The notes below the pieces were generated by a model that searched no databases, was not told the origin of the DNA, and worked only from the letters and a program-made list of their open reading frames with translations. Made by a program: the position numbers and the translations under genes. Below are positions 26,396-39,766 of a stretch of DNA of 64,000 bases, one piece after another (within the stretch, counting starts at the first letter, position 1; each line of letters begins with the position of its first letter). Source of the DNA: Octopus vulgaris (lineage: Eukaryota); contig OX597831.1 of NCBI GenBank assembly GCA_951406725.2, positions 22,692,001-22,756,000 on the forward strand. The letters are read 5' to 3'.

Positions 26396-26519
26396 AATTA
26401 TAGATATATTTTAACAACGAAATTTAATATGGACCCTCCCTTCCCCCAAGAGTTTTATGATCCCGATTAAGAATCACTAATTTTGTGCCAGCTGTACTGA
26501 TATCTGTGCGGAGGGAATG

Positions 26520-27135
26520 CGGTCAGCTGGCAGAAATGTAATCGACTTAATACCTATGTCTGTCCATGTTTGTCTCCTGTATGTTTAGCCCCTAGGTATT
26601 TCTGAGTTCAAATTCCGCCGAGGTCGATTTTGCCTTTCATCCTTACGGGGTCGATAAATTAAGTACCAGTTACACACAGGGGTCGATGTAATCGATTTAA
26701 TCCCTTTGTCTGTCCTTGTTTGTCCCCTTCTCTGTTTAGTCCCTTATGGGCAATAAAGAAATAAGCAGCGTTAGCACGCTGGGCGAAATGCTTAGCGGCA
26801 ATTCGTCTGCCGTTACGTTCTGAGTTCAAATTCCGCCGAGGTCGACTTTGCCTTTCATCCTTTCGGGGTCGATAAATTAAGTAGCAGTTACGCACTGGGG
26901 TCGATGTAACCGACTTTGTCTGTCCTTGTTTGTCCTCTCTTTGTTTAGCCCCTTGTGGGTAGTAAAGAAATAGGTATTTCATCTGCCTCTACTTTCTAAG
27001 TTCAAATTCCACCGAGATCGACTTTGCCCTTCATCCTTTCGAGGTCGATAAATTAAGTACCAGTCGTGTACTGGGGTCGGTCTAATCGTCTAGCACCCTC
27101 CCATAAAATTTCGGGCCTTGTGCCTAGAATAGAAA
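26520..27135 (+). mobile_element. Family A SINE multimer
   Basis: Units are joined at GAAATAAGCAGCGTTAGCACG and GAAATAGGTATTTC. The last unit has the alternative tail GGGCCTTGTGCCTAGAATAGAAA. Confidence 0.85.
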
Positions 27136-27144
27136 ATGATATCT

Positions 27145-27347
27145 CTGCGGGAGGACAAAATTTCAGATCTCATTGGTCTCTGGCCCTCCATGTCCTGATC
27201 TTTAATTGGTCTGTCCATGTCCATGTCCTTTAGAAACCACCTGAGCTCCGTAGATACCAGGACGCTTCGCAGGGTTGTGGGTCACCACTGGTCGGTTTTC
27301 GTATCCAACTGACAACCTTACTCAGAAACTGGGATGCGTCCTGTTAC
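27145..27347 (-). mobile_element. Second copy of the candidate LTR family
   Basis: Minus-strand GTAACAGGACGCATCCCAGTTTCTGAGTAAGG..CCGACCAGTGG aligns with 1935-2015. Confidence 0.5.
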
Positions 27348-27459
27348 TCGATACATACATACATAAGTCTTCACAAACAACAGTATTTGTAACCCTATAT
27401 GGTAAAAAGAAGACAACGAAATCACACAGTCTACTATATATATATATATATATACATAT

Positions 27460-27737
27460 GTTTCGAGAGCGTCGCCTCAGACTGTTTAGTGATGTTGCTC
27501 GATTTTCTGTGTTAGATCCTGCTAACAGTGTTCTCTTCACTAAGGGCTCGGTTGGGTTGACAGCTTCTTGTTGATCGACCACATGCCAGAACGTCACGGC
27601 AGGCGAGGTGGTATCTAGCAGAGGTGGGGATTGAATGTAACTCTGCTCGGTGGTACACCCAGGCGGACCTGGGAAATATACCGATAAAGGGTTTATGCAG
27701 CAACGCACTGCAACAGCAAAAGACCCCACACCTAACA
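27460..27737 (+). mobile_element. RTE-clade LINE C-terminal fragment
   Basis: RERRLRLFSDVARF...DPANSVL resembles the RTE RRLRWxGHVxR motif; the frame is broken. Confidence 0.6.
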
Positions 27738-27789
27738 TGTTATCAAGTATGGGAAAATTTTGGAGAAAACTATAGCAGAAACTTTTAGA

Positions 27790-28060
27790 ATCGCTAAATT
27801 TATTATGACTACAAACTTGGTAAAATATTTAGTTAATATTGGTGACAATTGCAGCTATTGTAGCACCAATAGAGATATATTTTAGCAAACTCAAACATCA
27901 AAAACGTTTAATGGTCCACAATATCTGAAACCAAACTTATTGATTTAGCAAGATCAAGTATGGAATAAAGCATTGCTAGCGAAATTGATTTTGATGGTTT
28001 TATTAGAAATATTGCCACTTACAAAAAAGCCAGGAAAGCTCATTTCATTAGCTGTTTAGG
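27790..28060 (+). mobile_element. hAT transposase C-terminal dimerisation-domain relic
   Basis: Frameshifted reading ..FSKLK..STISETKLIDLARSSME*SIASEIDFDGFIRN...KARK matches the hAT ERSFSKLK...IDFD...KARK pattern. Confidence 0.7.
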
Positions 28061-28548
28061 CCTATCATTGCTCTGTAAAAACTATATATTGGTGTATGGT
28101 CAGCTTCAGCCACAGGGAATAAAGTATTTATGAAAGTTTACCACTGGTCGTATCCTTTAAGCTGAGATTAGACATCAACTTCAATTATACTTTCATAATC
28201 ATACGATAAAAGCTGTCTGCTTTGTTCAAGTTTTGTTATGACCGTATTTTCCTACAAAGAAGTGGGGAAGAAAAACTAAAACTGCTATATGGTTATAATA
28301 CTATTATCTAACTGGGGCTGAATCAAAGGTCTGTTTAAAACTTTTAGCCCTTAAATTTGAGGGAAGCAGAAATCCACTGCGGTTCGTGATGGGTGAAGGT
28401 AGTCTTGTTTCTTCATTACAAAATTTCACCTGATGTGTCACTATCTATGAGCTTTCCTATATACACAAACACAGGCATACAATCACACCCGCGTGCGAGA
28501 ACACACAGACGTGTGTATATATATATGCACGCGCACACACGGACTCAC

Positions 28549-28636
<88 letters not shown>

Positions 28637-28721
28637 AATCCCAAAAAGAACAGACACAAAAAAAAAACAACGTGCGGACGTGTAATGTATTGACAGACGC
28701 TCAGGAAAGGAAAGAAAGACG

Positions 28722-28757
28722 GTTTAACGTTTTGAGCAGACGCTCTTCTTCGGAAAC
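28722..28757 (-). ncRNA. Decayed minimal hammerhead in a Penelope-like remnant (~28660-28805)
   Basis: gttt-CCGAAGA-a-gagc(gtct)gctc-AAAA-cg-TT-aaac. The stems are perfect and there are two core substitutions. Confidence 0.5.
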
Positions 28758-28924
28758 AGAGGAAAGTCCAATAGAAGGGAAGACAGAGGAAGAAAATCGC
28801 CAACGATTTCCATGTGGGTTAGGTGAAAATACAGGGTGCACCAAAAGGTACGTCCCAAAATATTTGGATACTTTATTTATTATATTCGTTATTTTTATTA
28901 TTGTTATTATTATTATCATTACTT

Positions 28925-29345
28925 AGTGATAGATCAGTGCATGCAATCAAAGTGACACTGGGGTAAAATATGCGAAGCCCAGTATACCCATCATCACTAA
29001 CCGTTTGATAAGGCACACGCATCACAGCCATGTGTGCGCGACTTGCTGATCTCATATCAAGATAAAGAGAGAATGACCTTGCAGGTTATAATTTTCTTCA
29101 GGTCGAGTAGTCCATCCCACTCAAAAGGTCTCTGAATAAGGGTTGTTTAAGTATGTTGCCCGAACCACCCACGTTTCTAGAATTGAATTGTTAAAACCTA
29201 AAAGAATTCCTCTCAACACATGGCTATGATGCTCCCCCACTACTTCTGCTCATGATCAGAGATGCACACGTTATCAGCCACTAAGAGACAGACTCAACTA
29301 GTTAAGGTCAAACAACTGACAAGCAAATCTGTGGTATGGAGCAGA

Positions 29346-29349
<4 letters not shown>
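28925..29349 (-). mobile_element. Interspersed retroelement 3' end with (AAT)n tail (family D)
   Basis: Diverged copy of 59144-59619. (ATT)-like repeats abut the low-coordinate end. Confidence 0.75.
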
Positions 29350-29415
<66 letters not shown>

Positions 29416-29439
29416 GTATGATTGTATGTATGTATATAT

Positions 29440-29893
29440 TTGTTGCATGGTCGGGTCGTCGGCGACTAAACCGGCAACCCCACCAAGCTTGCTTGGTGAG
29501 GAGGGTGTTTACTGGACACCCTGCAGGATGAAAATCAAAACTCGTCAAAGGGCTGAGGAACTTTGAGAGTCAACGGCCATCCAATAAATGTCTTAAGGCT
29601 GTATCACGCGCGGGGACATAGGAAATAATCGGACTGAATATCCGATCGCGCGGTTAAACTATTGGGAGTGAAGGACTCCTAGCCTTTGTTAGGGCATCCT
29701 TCTAGGAGAAGGTAACTCAGGTAACTGGGATAACTCCGGCATAAAACCTGCGGCTCAGTGGTTACCGATGATGTTGACTTGTTCTTCTTTTCGGATTATG
29801 GCTGCTGTTGCTTAGTGAGTGGGATTGACTCAGTGCACAGCCTTTCCTCACTTTAAAAAAAATCTTCTTGCACAGGCATTGCACGATAACAAC
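29440..29893 (+). mobile_element. Non-autonomous RTE-related element (5' UTR-like part plus 3' tail)
   Basis: GGCATCCTTCTAGGAGAAGGTAACTC resembles RTE 5' UTRs. It ends GCATTGCACGATAACAAC and has no ORF. Confidence 0.45.
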
Positions 29894-30469
29894 ATTGATT
29901 AAGCTTCGCGCAATGGCCATACTCGATAACGAGGGGGCAGCCACCATATATTTGAAAGTCTGAAAGTCTAAGAGAATTACTTAATACAGCTTTGAAGTGT
30001 AAACGTGATAAAAATAAATATTTTAAAAAGAGACCCATAGAATAAATGCTAATCTTTAAAAGAGAGCCCTGGCATCGATTTGTGCGACTGAATACTCGGC
30101 AAAGCATTGCTCCAGCATGGCTATCGTCAAATGATTGAAACAAGCAAAGGATTAAAAGAATAAATAAATATCTACATATATACGTATGCATATGTGTGTG
30201 TGTGCGTGTGTGTGTGTGTGTGTATGTGTGTGTGTGTGAGTATGAGTGTGTATATGTATTTGTGCGTATTTGTCTGTTGTATATACGTGTGTGTTTGTGT
30301 CTTTGTATAACTGTGTGCGGCTGTTAGTGTCCGAAATGTAACTTAGGCACTTATTAATCGATAACCTAAGTGCCAGTCTGCGATAAACGATGCCATCCTT
30401 GTGATTGACTTTGATACTTCATCATGTTGCCCCAGCATGGCCACAGTCCAGTCACATCGAATATGGACG

Positions 30470-30521
30470 TATATGTATGTATGTATGCGTGTATGTATGC
30501 ATGCATACATACGTTTATGCA

Positions 30522-30590
<69 letters not shown>

Positions 30591-31190
30591 GTATGTGCCT
30601 ATGTGCATATATGTATATATGTGTGTGTGTGTGTGTGTATATATGTATATATATATATATTTGTATGTGCCTATGGATATATATTTATGTATGTGTGAAA
30701 GCATGTATGTATGCATGCATGTATGTCGCATGTATGCATATATGTATCTTTGCATGTGTGTATTCACGCATACATATATATATATGTATGCATGCACGCA
30801 CGTATGTATATATGTATGTATGTATGAATGTAAGTATGTATGCATCTATGTATACCTGTATGTATGTATGCATGTATGCATGTATGTGTGTATGTATGTA
30901 TGCTTGTATGTGTGTGTATGCATGCATGTATGTATATATGTATGTGTGCATGTATTTACGTATGCATCTATGTATACCTGTGTATATGTATGTATGTATG
31001 TATGTATGTGTGTATGCGCGTATGTATAAGCGTATATAGTAGCATAAGATACTCGCGAACCACACGTACATACATACACATACATATACATATGTACTCA
31101 CACATGTATGTATATAAACATGTGTGTGTATGTATATTATGTGTGAGTGTATGTACATGCATATATACAAACATAAATACATACAAGTAT
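30470..31190. repeat. Compound (TATG)n/(TGCA)-interrupted microsatellite
   Basis: Direct reading. Confidence 0.9.
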
Positions 31191-31194
31191 AGCA

Positions 31195-31497
31195 GCACTC
31201 CGTCGGTTGCGACGACGAGTGTCCCAGCTGATACGATCAACGGAACAGCCTGCTCGTGAAATTAACGTGCAAGTGGCTGAGTACTACACAGACGCGCGTA
31301 TCCTTAACGTACTTCTCAGAAAGATTCAGCGTGAAACAGAATGTGACGAGGGTGGTCTCATTTTTGCCAGCTGAGTGGCCTGGGGCAATGTGAAATAAAA
31401 AGTCTTGCTCAAGAACCCAACGCGTCGCCGAGAATTGAACTCACGACCTCACAATCTTGAGCTGAATGCCCCTAAGCACTAAGCCACGCATCTTCAC
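31195..31497 (-). mobile_element. SINE sharing the family C 3' body but with a different tRNA-like head
   Basis: Head GCGTGGCTTAGTGCTTAGG..GAGTTCAATTC..CTTGAGCAAGAC..TTTCACATTGC. The 3' body matches family C. Confidence 0.75.
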
Positions 31498-31564
31498 GAT
31501 AGAAGTATAATATATAATTGACTACATTATATACATGCTTATATACATGGTTATATATATATAT

Positions 31565-31975
31565 AGGAGTGACTGTGTGGTAAGTAGCTTGCTTACCAAC
31601 CACATGGTTCCGGGTTCAGTCCCACTGCGTGGCACCTTGGGCAAGTGTCTTTTACTATAGCCTCGGGCCGACCAAAGCCTTGTGAGTGGATTAGGTAGAC
31701 GGAAACTGAAAGAAGCCCGTCGTATATATGTATATATATGCGTGTGTGTGTTTGTGTGTCTGTGTTTGTTCCCCTACGATTGCTTGACAACAGATGCTGG
31801 TGTGTTTATGTCCCCCGTTACCTAGCAGTTCGGCAAAAGAGACCGATAGAATAAGTACTGGGCTTACAAAAGAATAAGTCCCGGGATCGAGTTGCTCGAT
31901 TAAACGCGGTGCTCCAGCATGGCCACAGTTAAATGACTGAAACAAATAAAAGAGTAAAGAGTAAAGAGTAAAGAG
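31565..31975 (+). mobile_element. Family B SINE, full length
   Basis: All modules are present, with a (GAGTAAA)n tail. Confidence 0.9.
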
Positions 31976-31985
31976 TTAGGAGGAA

Positions 31986-32365
31986 GCACTCCGTCGGTTA
32001 CGACGATGAGGGTTCCGGTTGATCCGAATCAACGGAACAGCCTACTCGTGAAATTAACGTGTAAGTGGCTGAGCACTCCACAGACACGTGTACCCTTAAC
32101 GTAGTTCTCGGGGATATTCAGCGTGACACAGAGAGTGACAAAGTTGGCCCCTTGAAATACAGGTACAACAGAAACTGGAAGTAAGAGTGAGAGAAAGTTG
32201 TGGTGAAAGAGTACAGCAGGGATCACCACCACCCCCTGCCGGAGCCTCGTGGAGCTTTTAGGTGTTTTCGCTCAATAAACACTCACAACGCCCGGTCTGG
32301 GAATCGAAACCGCGATCCTATGACCGCGAGTTCGCTGCCCTAACCACTGGGCCATTGCGCCTCCA
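31986..32365 (-). mobile_element. Family C SINE, full length
   Basis: tRNA head GGAGGCGCAATGGCCCAGTGGTTAGGGCAGCG..GGTTTCGATTCCC. Confidence 0.9.
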
Positions 32366-32399
32366 CAGTAAAGAGTATATATATACGCGCGCATACAAT

Positions 32400-32450
<51 letters not shown>

Positions 32451-32689
32451 GCTTATATATGCACTCACAAATGCGCGTGTACTAACGCACCTGCACTCGC
32501 GTTTGCGCGTGTTAGAATGCATTTCACCAATATAAATACATATACGCATTTTATACACTGAAGCTTAAATTATACGCACGTAGGCATACAACATCTTTTA
32601 TTCTCATACATATACACACATACTCATACTCACGCGCGTATACAAATGTATACACAAACATACACATGCAGACAAATACGCGAAGTGGA

Positions 32690-32892
32690 GAGTGGAAGGG
32701 AGTGAAGGAAAGAAAGAAAGGAAGGAAGAAAGAAAGAAAAGAATGAGGAAGAAAGAAAGAAAGAAAGGAAGGAAGAAAGAAAGAAAGAAAGAAGGTAAGG
32801 AAGAAAGGAAGAAAGAGAAAGAGAGAGAGAAAGAGAGAGAGAAAGAAAGAGAGAAAGAAAGAAAGAAAAAGAGAGAGAGAAAGAAAGAACGA

Positions 32893-32936
<44 letters not shown>

Positions 32937-33400
32937 AGGAAATAATCGAAGCAAAGAAAGAATGAAAGGAAGAAAGGAAGGAAGGAAGAAAGAAAGAAAA
33001 AAGAAAGAAAGAAAGAAAGAGAAGAAAGAAACGAAGAAAGAAAAAAGAAAGAAAGAAAGAAAGGAAGGAAGGAAGGTAGGAATTGTAGAAAGAAAGAAAA
33101 GAAGGAAGAAAGAAAGAAAGGTAGGAAGAAAAGAAGGAAGGAAGGACAGAAAGATAGAAAGGTAGGAAGAAAAGAAGGAAGGAAGAAGGTGTGGGTTAAG
33201 GCCGAGGTGGGAATGAAGGAGAAGTGTGACAGATGAAAGATTTGAAGGAGAGAATGGAAGAATGACAGAAAGAGAAATGAAGGAAAATAGTAAAGTAGAT
33301 AAAGAGAAGAAGGAAGATAAGGGAGAGTGGGGGGAGGGAGGGAGGGAGGTAGGCTGAGATGAGGCGAGAAAGGTAAGACAGAGAGAGAGAAGGTGAAAAC
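32690..33400. repeat. Polypurine (GAAA)n/(GGAA)n tract
   Basis: Direct reading. It is the source of the K/E/R-rich and F/L/S-rich ORFs. Confidence 0.95.
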
Positions 33401-33530
33401 TGTTTAGCAGGCTACACAGGCGGACAGACAGACAGATAGATATGTGGATAGATGGATGGATGGATGGATGGATAGACAGACAGAGAGAAAGACACACATA
33501 TACAGATAGATAGATAGATAGATAGATAGG

Positions 33531-33591
<61 letters not shown>

Positions 33592-33791
33592 GGATGGATG
33601 GATGGACGGATGGACGATGGATAGGAAGAGCGAAAGAGAAAGAGAGAGCAAAAGTGAAAGTGAAAGAGGAAGACAGAGCAAAAGTGAGGGAGAGAGTTAA
33701 GTTGACAATTAAATAAGTATATGGATTTTAGATCGCTTGGTAGAAATGTCGATCAATATATAAATGAACCGAATCACAAACACACACACAA

Positions 33792-33846
<55 letters not shown>

Positions 33847-34088
33847 CTCACATCTATTATGTCTACACACATACCCAGACAGAGATAGAGCGAGGTATAT
33901 ATATATATGTATGTGTGTGTGTGTGTTTGTGTGTTACGGCTAACCAAGAATCACTTGCGCCAGGTAAAAAGAGTCTCCGCTTACGATGCGATGTTGCTTA
34001 TAACTTAAAATAAGAAGCTTTACTGAGGAAGCTTGCCAGCCTCTTTCACCGTACGTACGTATGTGTGTGTGTATGTGTGTATATATAC

Positions 34089-34120
<32 letters not shown>

Positions 34121-34378
34121 GTGTGTGTGTGTATGTATATATATATGTGTGTGTGTAGTTGTGTAGGTTTGCGTATGTTTGGGTTTGATTATCCCAATCG
34201 ATGGCTTAAAAAAACCTATTCTTCTATAACTTACGTAATGAATATTAAAACGCATCTTATGTATGTTCGTATGCGCGTGTGTATATATACATACATGCAT
34301 ATGTGGGTGTATGTATGTATGTATGTATATATATATACATGTATATATCTATATCTATATATATAATTATATATATAC

Positions 34379-34807
<429 letters not shown>

Positions 34808-35078
34808 ATATATATTTATACACACATTTACGCATGTATGTATTTATGTAGCAGTGTTGTCATTGCTGTCAATATTCTTATCGTTGTTGTTGTTGTTGCT
34901 GTTGCTCTTTCTATAGTCATCGTCGTCATCATCATCATCGTCATCATCATCATCATCCTCATTAGTATTGCAGTTATGTGGATGAGAATCGCAAAATGTG
35001 GAGTAAACGAGAAACACACACACACACACACACACACACGCATACACACACAAACACATTCAAAGAGAGTGAGAAAGC

Positions 35079-35116
<38 letters not shown>

Positions 35117-35230
35117 AGACAGTCTGACAGATAGACAGACACAAATATATATGGTACTATCTTCGACTCCAACTGACGCAAAAGGCGCCGCGCATATATT
35201 GACACACGCACCCTTATATACACACACATT

Positions 35231-35265
<35 letters not shown>

Positions 35266-35288
35266 TACACATATATACATGTACATAT

Positions 35289-35368
<80 letters not shown>

Positions 35369-35475
35369 TCTTTACAATTGGTGGCTTGGAGTTTTAACTG
35401 CTCTTTCTAGCGAGTCAAATATCCTATTCTTCGGGTATCTCTTTTGTGTTTGAAAGTACACTGTATTCTTCTTTG

Positions 35476-35581
<106 letters not shown>

Positions 35582-35670
35582 TTATAAATAATTATAATAT
35601 CGATATTTAAATATCGGTATTTTCAAGTAGCCAGCATGGGAATAAATACCATACAAAGGTCATAATTTTT

Positions 35671-35895
35671 TACAACTAAAAATAAGGGTGTCTGAGAGAG
35701 ACCACCATGCCGAAATGGCAGTCAAATCCCTGACTCTAAGAACCACCATAAAATGTTCATATTTTTTTGCTAGTCTATTTTGTCCCTCTGTCTTATCTCA
35801 TGGTGTGTTATGAACATTTATGGTGGTTCTTAGAGTCAGGGATTTGACTTCTATTTCGGCATGGTGGTGTCTCTCAGACACCTTTATTTTTAGTC

Positions 35896-35898
<3 letters not shown>
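35671..35898. repeat. Palindrome with ~90-bp arms and a ~47-bp spacer
   Basis: 35671-35761 is a near-exact reverse complement of 35809-35898. Confidence 0.9.
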
Positions 35899-35936
<38 letters not shown>

Positions 35937-36908
35937 TACATATTCATATAAATATATATACGTGTTTATTGTAGTTTGTTTGTGGTGTTGGCGATTTTTA
36001 AATATCTATGAATCGATATATTACGTGCAAACAGGTTGTCGCTTCTGATCAGTTCTGATGGCCAGGTTGTTGTTGTGGTTATTGTGGCTGTCGTTGTAGA
36101 TGTAATGGTAGTAGTAGTAGCGGCAGCAGTAGCAGAAGTAATAGTAGTAGTTGTAGTAGTTTTCGTTGTAGTTGTTCTTATTGTTATTGTTGTTGTTGTT
36201 GGTGGTGGTGGTGATGGTACGGCCACTGGTGGTAATGTTATTGGAGGGGATCCTGTTCGTGTTTGCCGACGGTCACAGATGTTGTCGTTGTTGCTGTTGC
36301 TGCTGATAATGATGCTGATGGTGGTGGTGGTTGCAGTGAAAGGAACAGAGTAAAGAAAAGAGAGAGAGAGAGAGAGAGAAAGAGAGAGGGAGGGGAAGGA
36401 GAGCGGGGAGAGAGAGCAAGTCAGAGAGAAAGAGAGACAGAGAGACAGAGATAAACAGACGAAGAACCAGAGAGAGATGAAGAAGAGAGAGAGAGAGAGA
36501 GAGCGCAGGAAAAGAAGTGAGAAAGACGGAGAAGGGAACAGAGACACACGGACAAAGATGAGAGGGAGAGAGATGAGAGAGGGAGAGAGATGAGAGAGGG
36601 AGAGAAAGGAGTTCATAGGAGGGAGCAGACGGAAAGGAAGAGAGAATAAGCGGGAGATACAAAAACTAGGAAAACATCGGCTGACTCTGACAACAAGGGA
36701 CTTTTCTATGTGGTCGTTAGATGAACGATAAATAACAGCAAAATCCCAAAACAGCCAAAAAAAAAATGGGTCGGCTTTGCCTTTCATCCTTTCGGGGTCG
36801 ATAAATTAAGTACCAGTTGCGTACTAAGATCGATTTAATCGACTAGCCCCCCCCTTCCCAAAAATTTCGAGCCTTGTGCCTAGAGTAGAAAACAATTTCT
36901 TCGTTTAA

Positions 36909-37523
36909 GGCGGCGAGCTGGCAGAAACGTTAGCACGCCGGGCGAAATGCGTAGCCGTATTTCGTCTGCCGTTACGTTCTGAGTTCAAATTCCGCCGAGG
37001 TCGACTTTGCCTTTCATCCTTTCGTGGTCGATAAATTAAGGACCAGTTAAGCACTGGGGTCGATGTAATCGACTTAATTTCCTTGTTTGTCCCCCTCTAT
37101 GTTTAGCCCCTTGTGGGCAATAATGAAATAAGAAACGTTAGCACGCTGGGCGAAATGCGTAGCCGTATTTCGTCTGCCGTTACGTTCTGAGTTCAAATTC
37201 CACCGAGGTCAACTTTGCCTTTCATCCTTTCGGGCTCGATTAAATAAGTACCAGTTACGCACTGGTGTCGATATAATCGACTTAATCCATTTGTTTGTCC
37301 TTGTTTATCTCCTTTGTGTTTAGCCCCTTGTGGGTAGTAAAGAAATAGGTATTTCGTCTGCCGCTACGTTCTGAGTTCAAATTCCGCCGAGGTCGGTTTT
37401 GCCTTTCATCCTTTCGGGGTCGATAAATTAAGTATCAGTAACGCACTGGGGTCGATGTAATCGACTTAATACCTTTGTCTGTCCTTGCTTGTCCCCTCTA
37501 TGTAGCCCCTTGTGGGCAATAAA
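36909..37523 (+). mobile_element. Family A SINE trimer, preceded by a partial copy at 36770-36895
   Basis: Junctions GAAATAAGAAACGTTAGCACG (~37130) and GAAATAGGTATTTCG (~37348). Confidence 0.9.
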
Positions 37524-37980
37524 GTCGGTGGCTCACAATTCTTCAAATACCAGACGAACCCTAGCACCTTACGGAAGGTGAAAATTTTGGGGCCCCACCC
37601 CTGTGCTCCACTTTTATTAATTCTTACTACTACAGACACAAGGTTTGAGAGTTTGGAAGATGGGGCAAGACGATTATATCGACCCCCACCCCTGTGCTCA
37701 AGTGGTACTTTGTTTTATCGTCCCCGAAAGGATCAAAAGCAAAGCCAAACCGGAAGAAATGCCGCTGAGCATTTTTGTCCGACATTTTAACGATTCTGTT
37801 AGCATAATGGCTTCGTCACAACGGCTTCAAATTTTGGCACAAGGACTGCAGTTTTGCGGAGAAGCGGTTACTAGAATACATCAACCACAGTACATTCTTT
37901 TCTACTCTTGGGTGGTGGGGCTAGTCGATTAGATCGACCCTAGTACGCAACTGGTACTTAATTTATCGACCCCGAAAAAA

Positions 37981-38643
37981 GGATGCTGTCATAATCCTTG
38001 CCTTCGGTTCATCGTTGGTGTTACAAGGAGTTTTCTTAGTCTCTCGCTCAACTGCGCCCCACATATAATAACCAAGGGAGTTGTAGTCATGGGAGTTGGG
38101 TAGCTAGATGTTAGGGGTGCTGTGGTCGCAGAAATTGTATGAGAACCAATGACTGGGTTCTCCTGCTTCTATGGCATGGTGCAGACTCCTGTTGCCTGAC
38201 ATAGTGTCTTTCAGCAGCCATCCTCTTGACCAAGGGCAGCACTACCGTTTCCAGACTCTTGAGTCCGTGTTGAGTCTAAGACCGTGTGGGAAAAAGGAAT
38301 GGAGGCAAACATTGCCATTACTCCAAACACCGCAATGTTGACTGAATGTTTGATTTTTATCAATCTCGGTACATGTTCTCAGATTACACTGTCCTCAGAC
38401 TGACACCCAAAGACTTTGAAATGTTCATATTGGAGCTTCCGGCGCGAATGCCAAGCACTACAGCATATCGTTTCCAATTTTCTGGCAGAATGAATTGCGT
38501 CATGGTGCTGTTTATCTTACAGGACAGTGTCCAACTGACCCTACTATACTGTGTAGTCGACAAAATCAAAATCAAAAACAAACAATACGCATGCACGAAA
38601 TAACAAAAATATAAAATGGTGACAAGTTACCCAACGCACCCTG
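37981..38643 (-). mobile_element. Second maT (DD37D)-like element, internally deleted and 3'-truncated
   Basis: TA|CAGGGTGCGTTGGG terminus and N-terminal MTQFILPENWKRYAVVLGIRAG. The catalytic part QQESAPCH...PNSHDYNSLGYYMWGAVERE has 37 residues between the second and third catalytic positions after repairing a frameshift. Confidence 0.8.
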
Positions 38644-39044
38644 TATATATATATGTGTGTGTGTGTCTTTGCGTCTGTGTTGTACCCCCACCGCCATCGC
38701 TTGACAACCGATGTTGGTGTGTTTACGTCTCCCCGTAACTTAGCGTTTCGGCAGAAGAGACTGATAGAATAAGTACCATTCTTACAAAGAATAAGTCCTG
38801 GGGTCGATGTCCTCGACTACAAGGCGATGCTCCAGCATGGCCACAGTCAAATGACTGAAACAATCATTATAATAAAAGCATAATATACTTAGCGGCATTT
38901 CGTTCCTCTTTGCGTCGTTCTGAGTTCAAATTCCGCCGAGGTGAATTTTGCCTTTCATTCTTTCGCGGTCGATATAATAAGTACCCCCAGAGTACTGGGG
39001 ACGATGCAACCAATTTACGTCTTCCCCTAAAAACTATATATATA

Positions 39045-39198
39045 TAGTGGCTGTGTGGTAAGTAGCTTGCTTACTAACCACATAGTTCCGGGTTCAGTCC
39101 CACTGCATGGCACCTTGGGCAAGTGTCTTCTACTATAGGCTCTAGCCGACCAAACTTTATGAGTGGATTTGGTAGACGGAAACTGAAAGAAGCCCGTC

Positions 39199-39241
<43 letters not shown>

Positions 39242-39269
39242 CACATATATATATACATACATACATACA

Positions 39270-39305
<36 letters not shown>

Positions 39306-39495
39306 TATATATATGGGGGTGTATGTGTGTGTGTCTGTTTGTACCCCCACCATCGCTTGACAACCGATGTTGGTGTGTTTACGTCCCCGTAACTTAGCGG
39401 TCGGCAAAAGAGACCGATAGAATAAGTACTAGGCTTACAAAGAGTAAGTCCTGGAGGTCAATTTGTTCGTCTAAACGCGGTGCTCCAGCATTCCC
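39045..39495 (+). mobile_element. Family B SINE
   Basis: Full module order with an expanded internal microsatellite. Confidence 0.9.
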
Positions 39496-39766
39496 GCGTA
39501 TATGCTACCGCCGCCGCCGCCGGCGGAGCAGCATCAGTCTCATGAATTGCACTTGTCTGATCCAAACACATGCGCAATGCCAATTAACATGACACTATCA
39601 GCAGCTTCATAAAAATCCTAACATTTTGCAGGGACGAACTCGTCCGATCATATCTGCAGTTGACGAATAGCAACGGTCTTGCACTAAGCCAAGATAATCG
39701 TACTTGGTACTTTAAAGTACGATCTACCACAGTATCCGTAGTCTACGGTGTGAAATGACCTGATCT

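Noticed and set aside
32290-32365. tRNA-like sequences at SINE heads
   Set aside because: They run directly into SINE bodies and lack a complete acceptor stem, so they are not called as tRNA genes.
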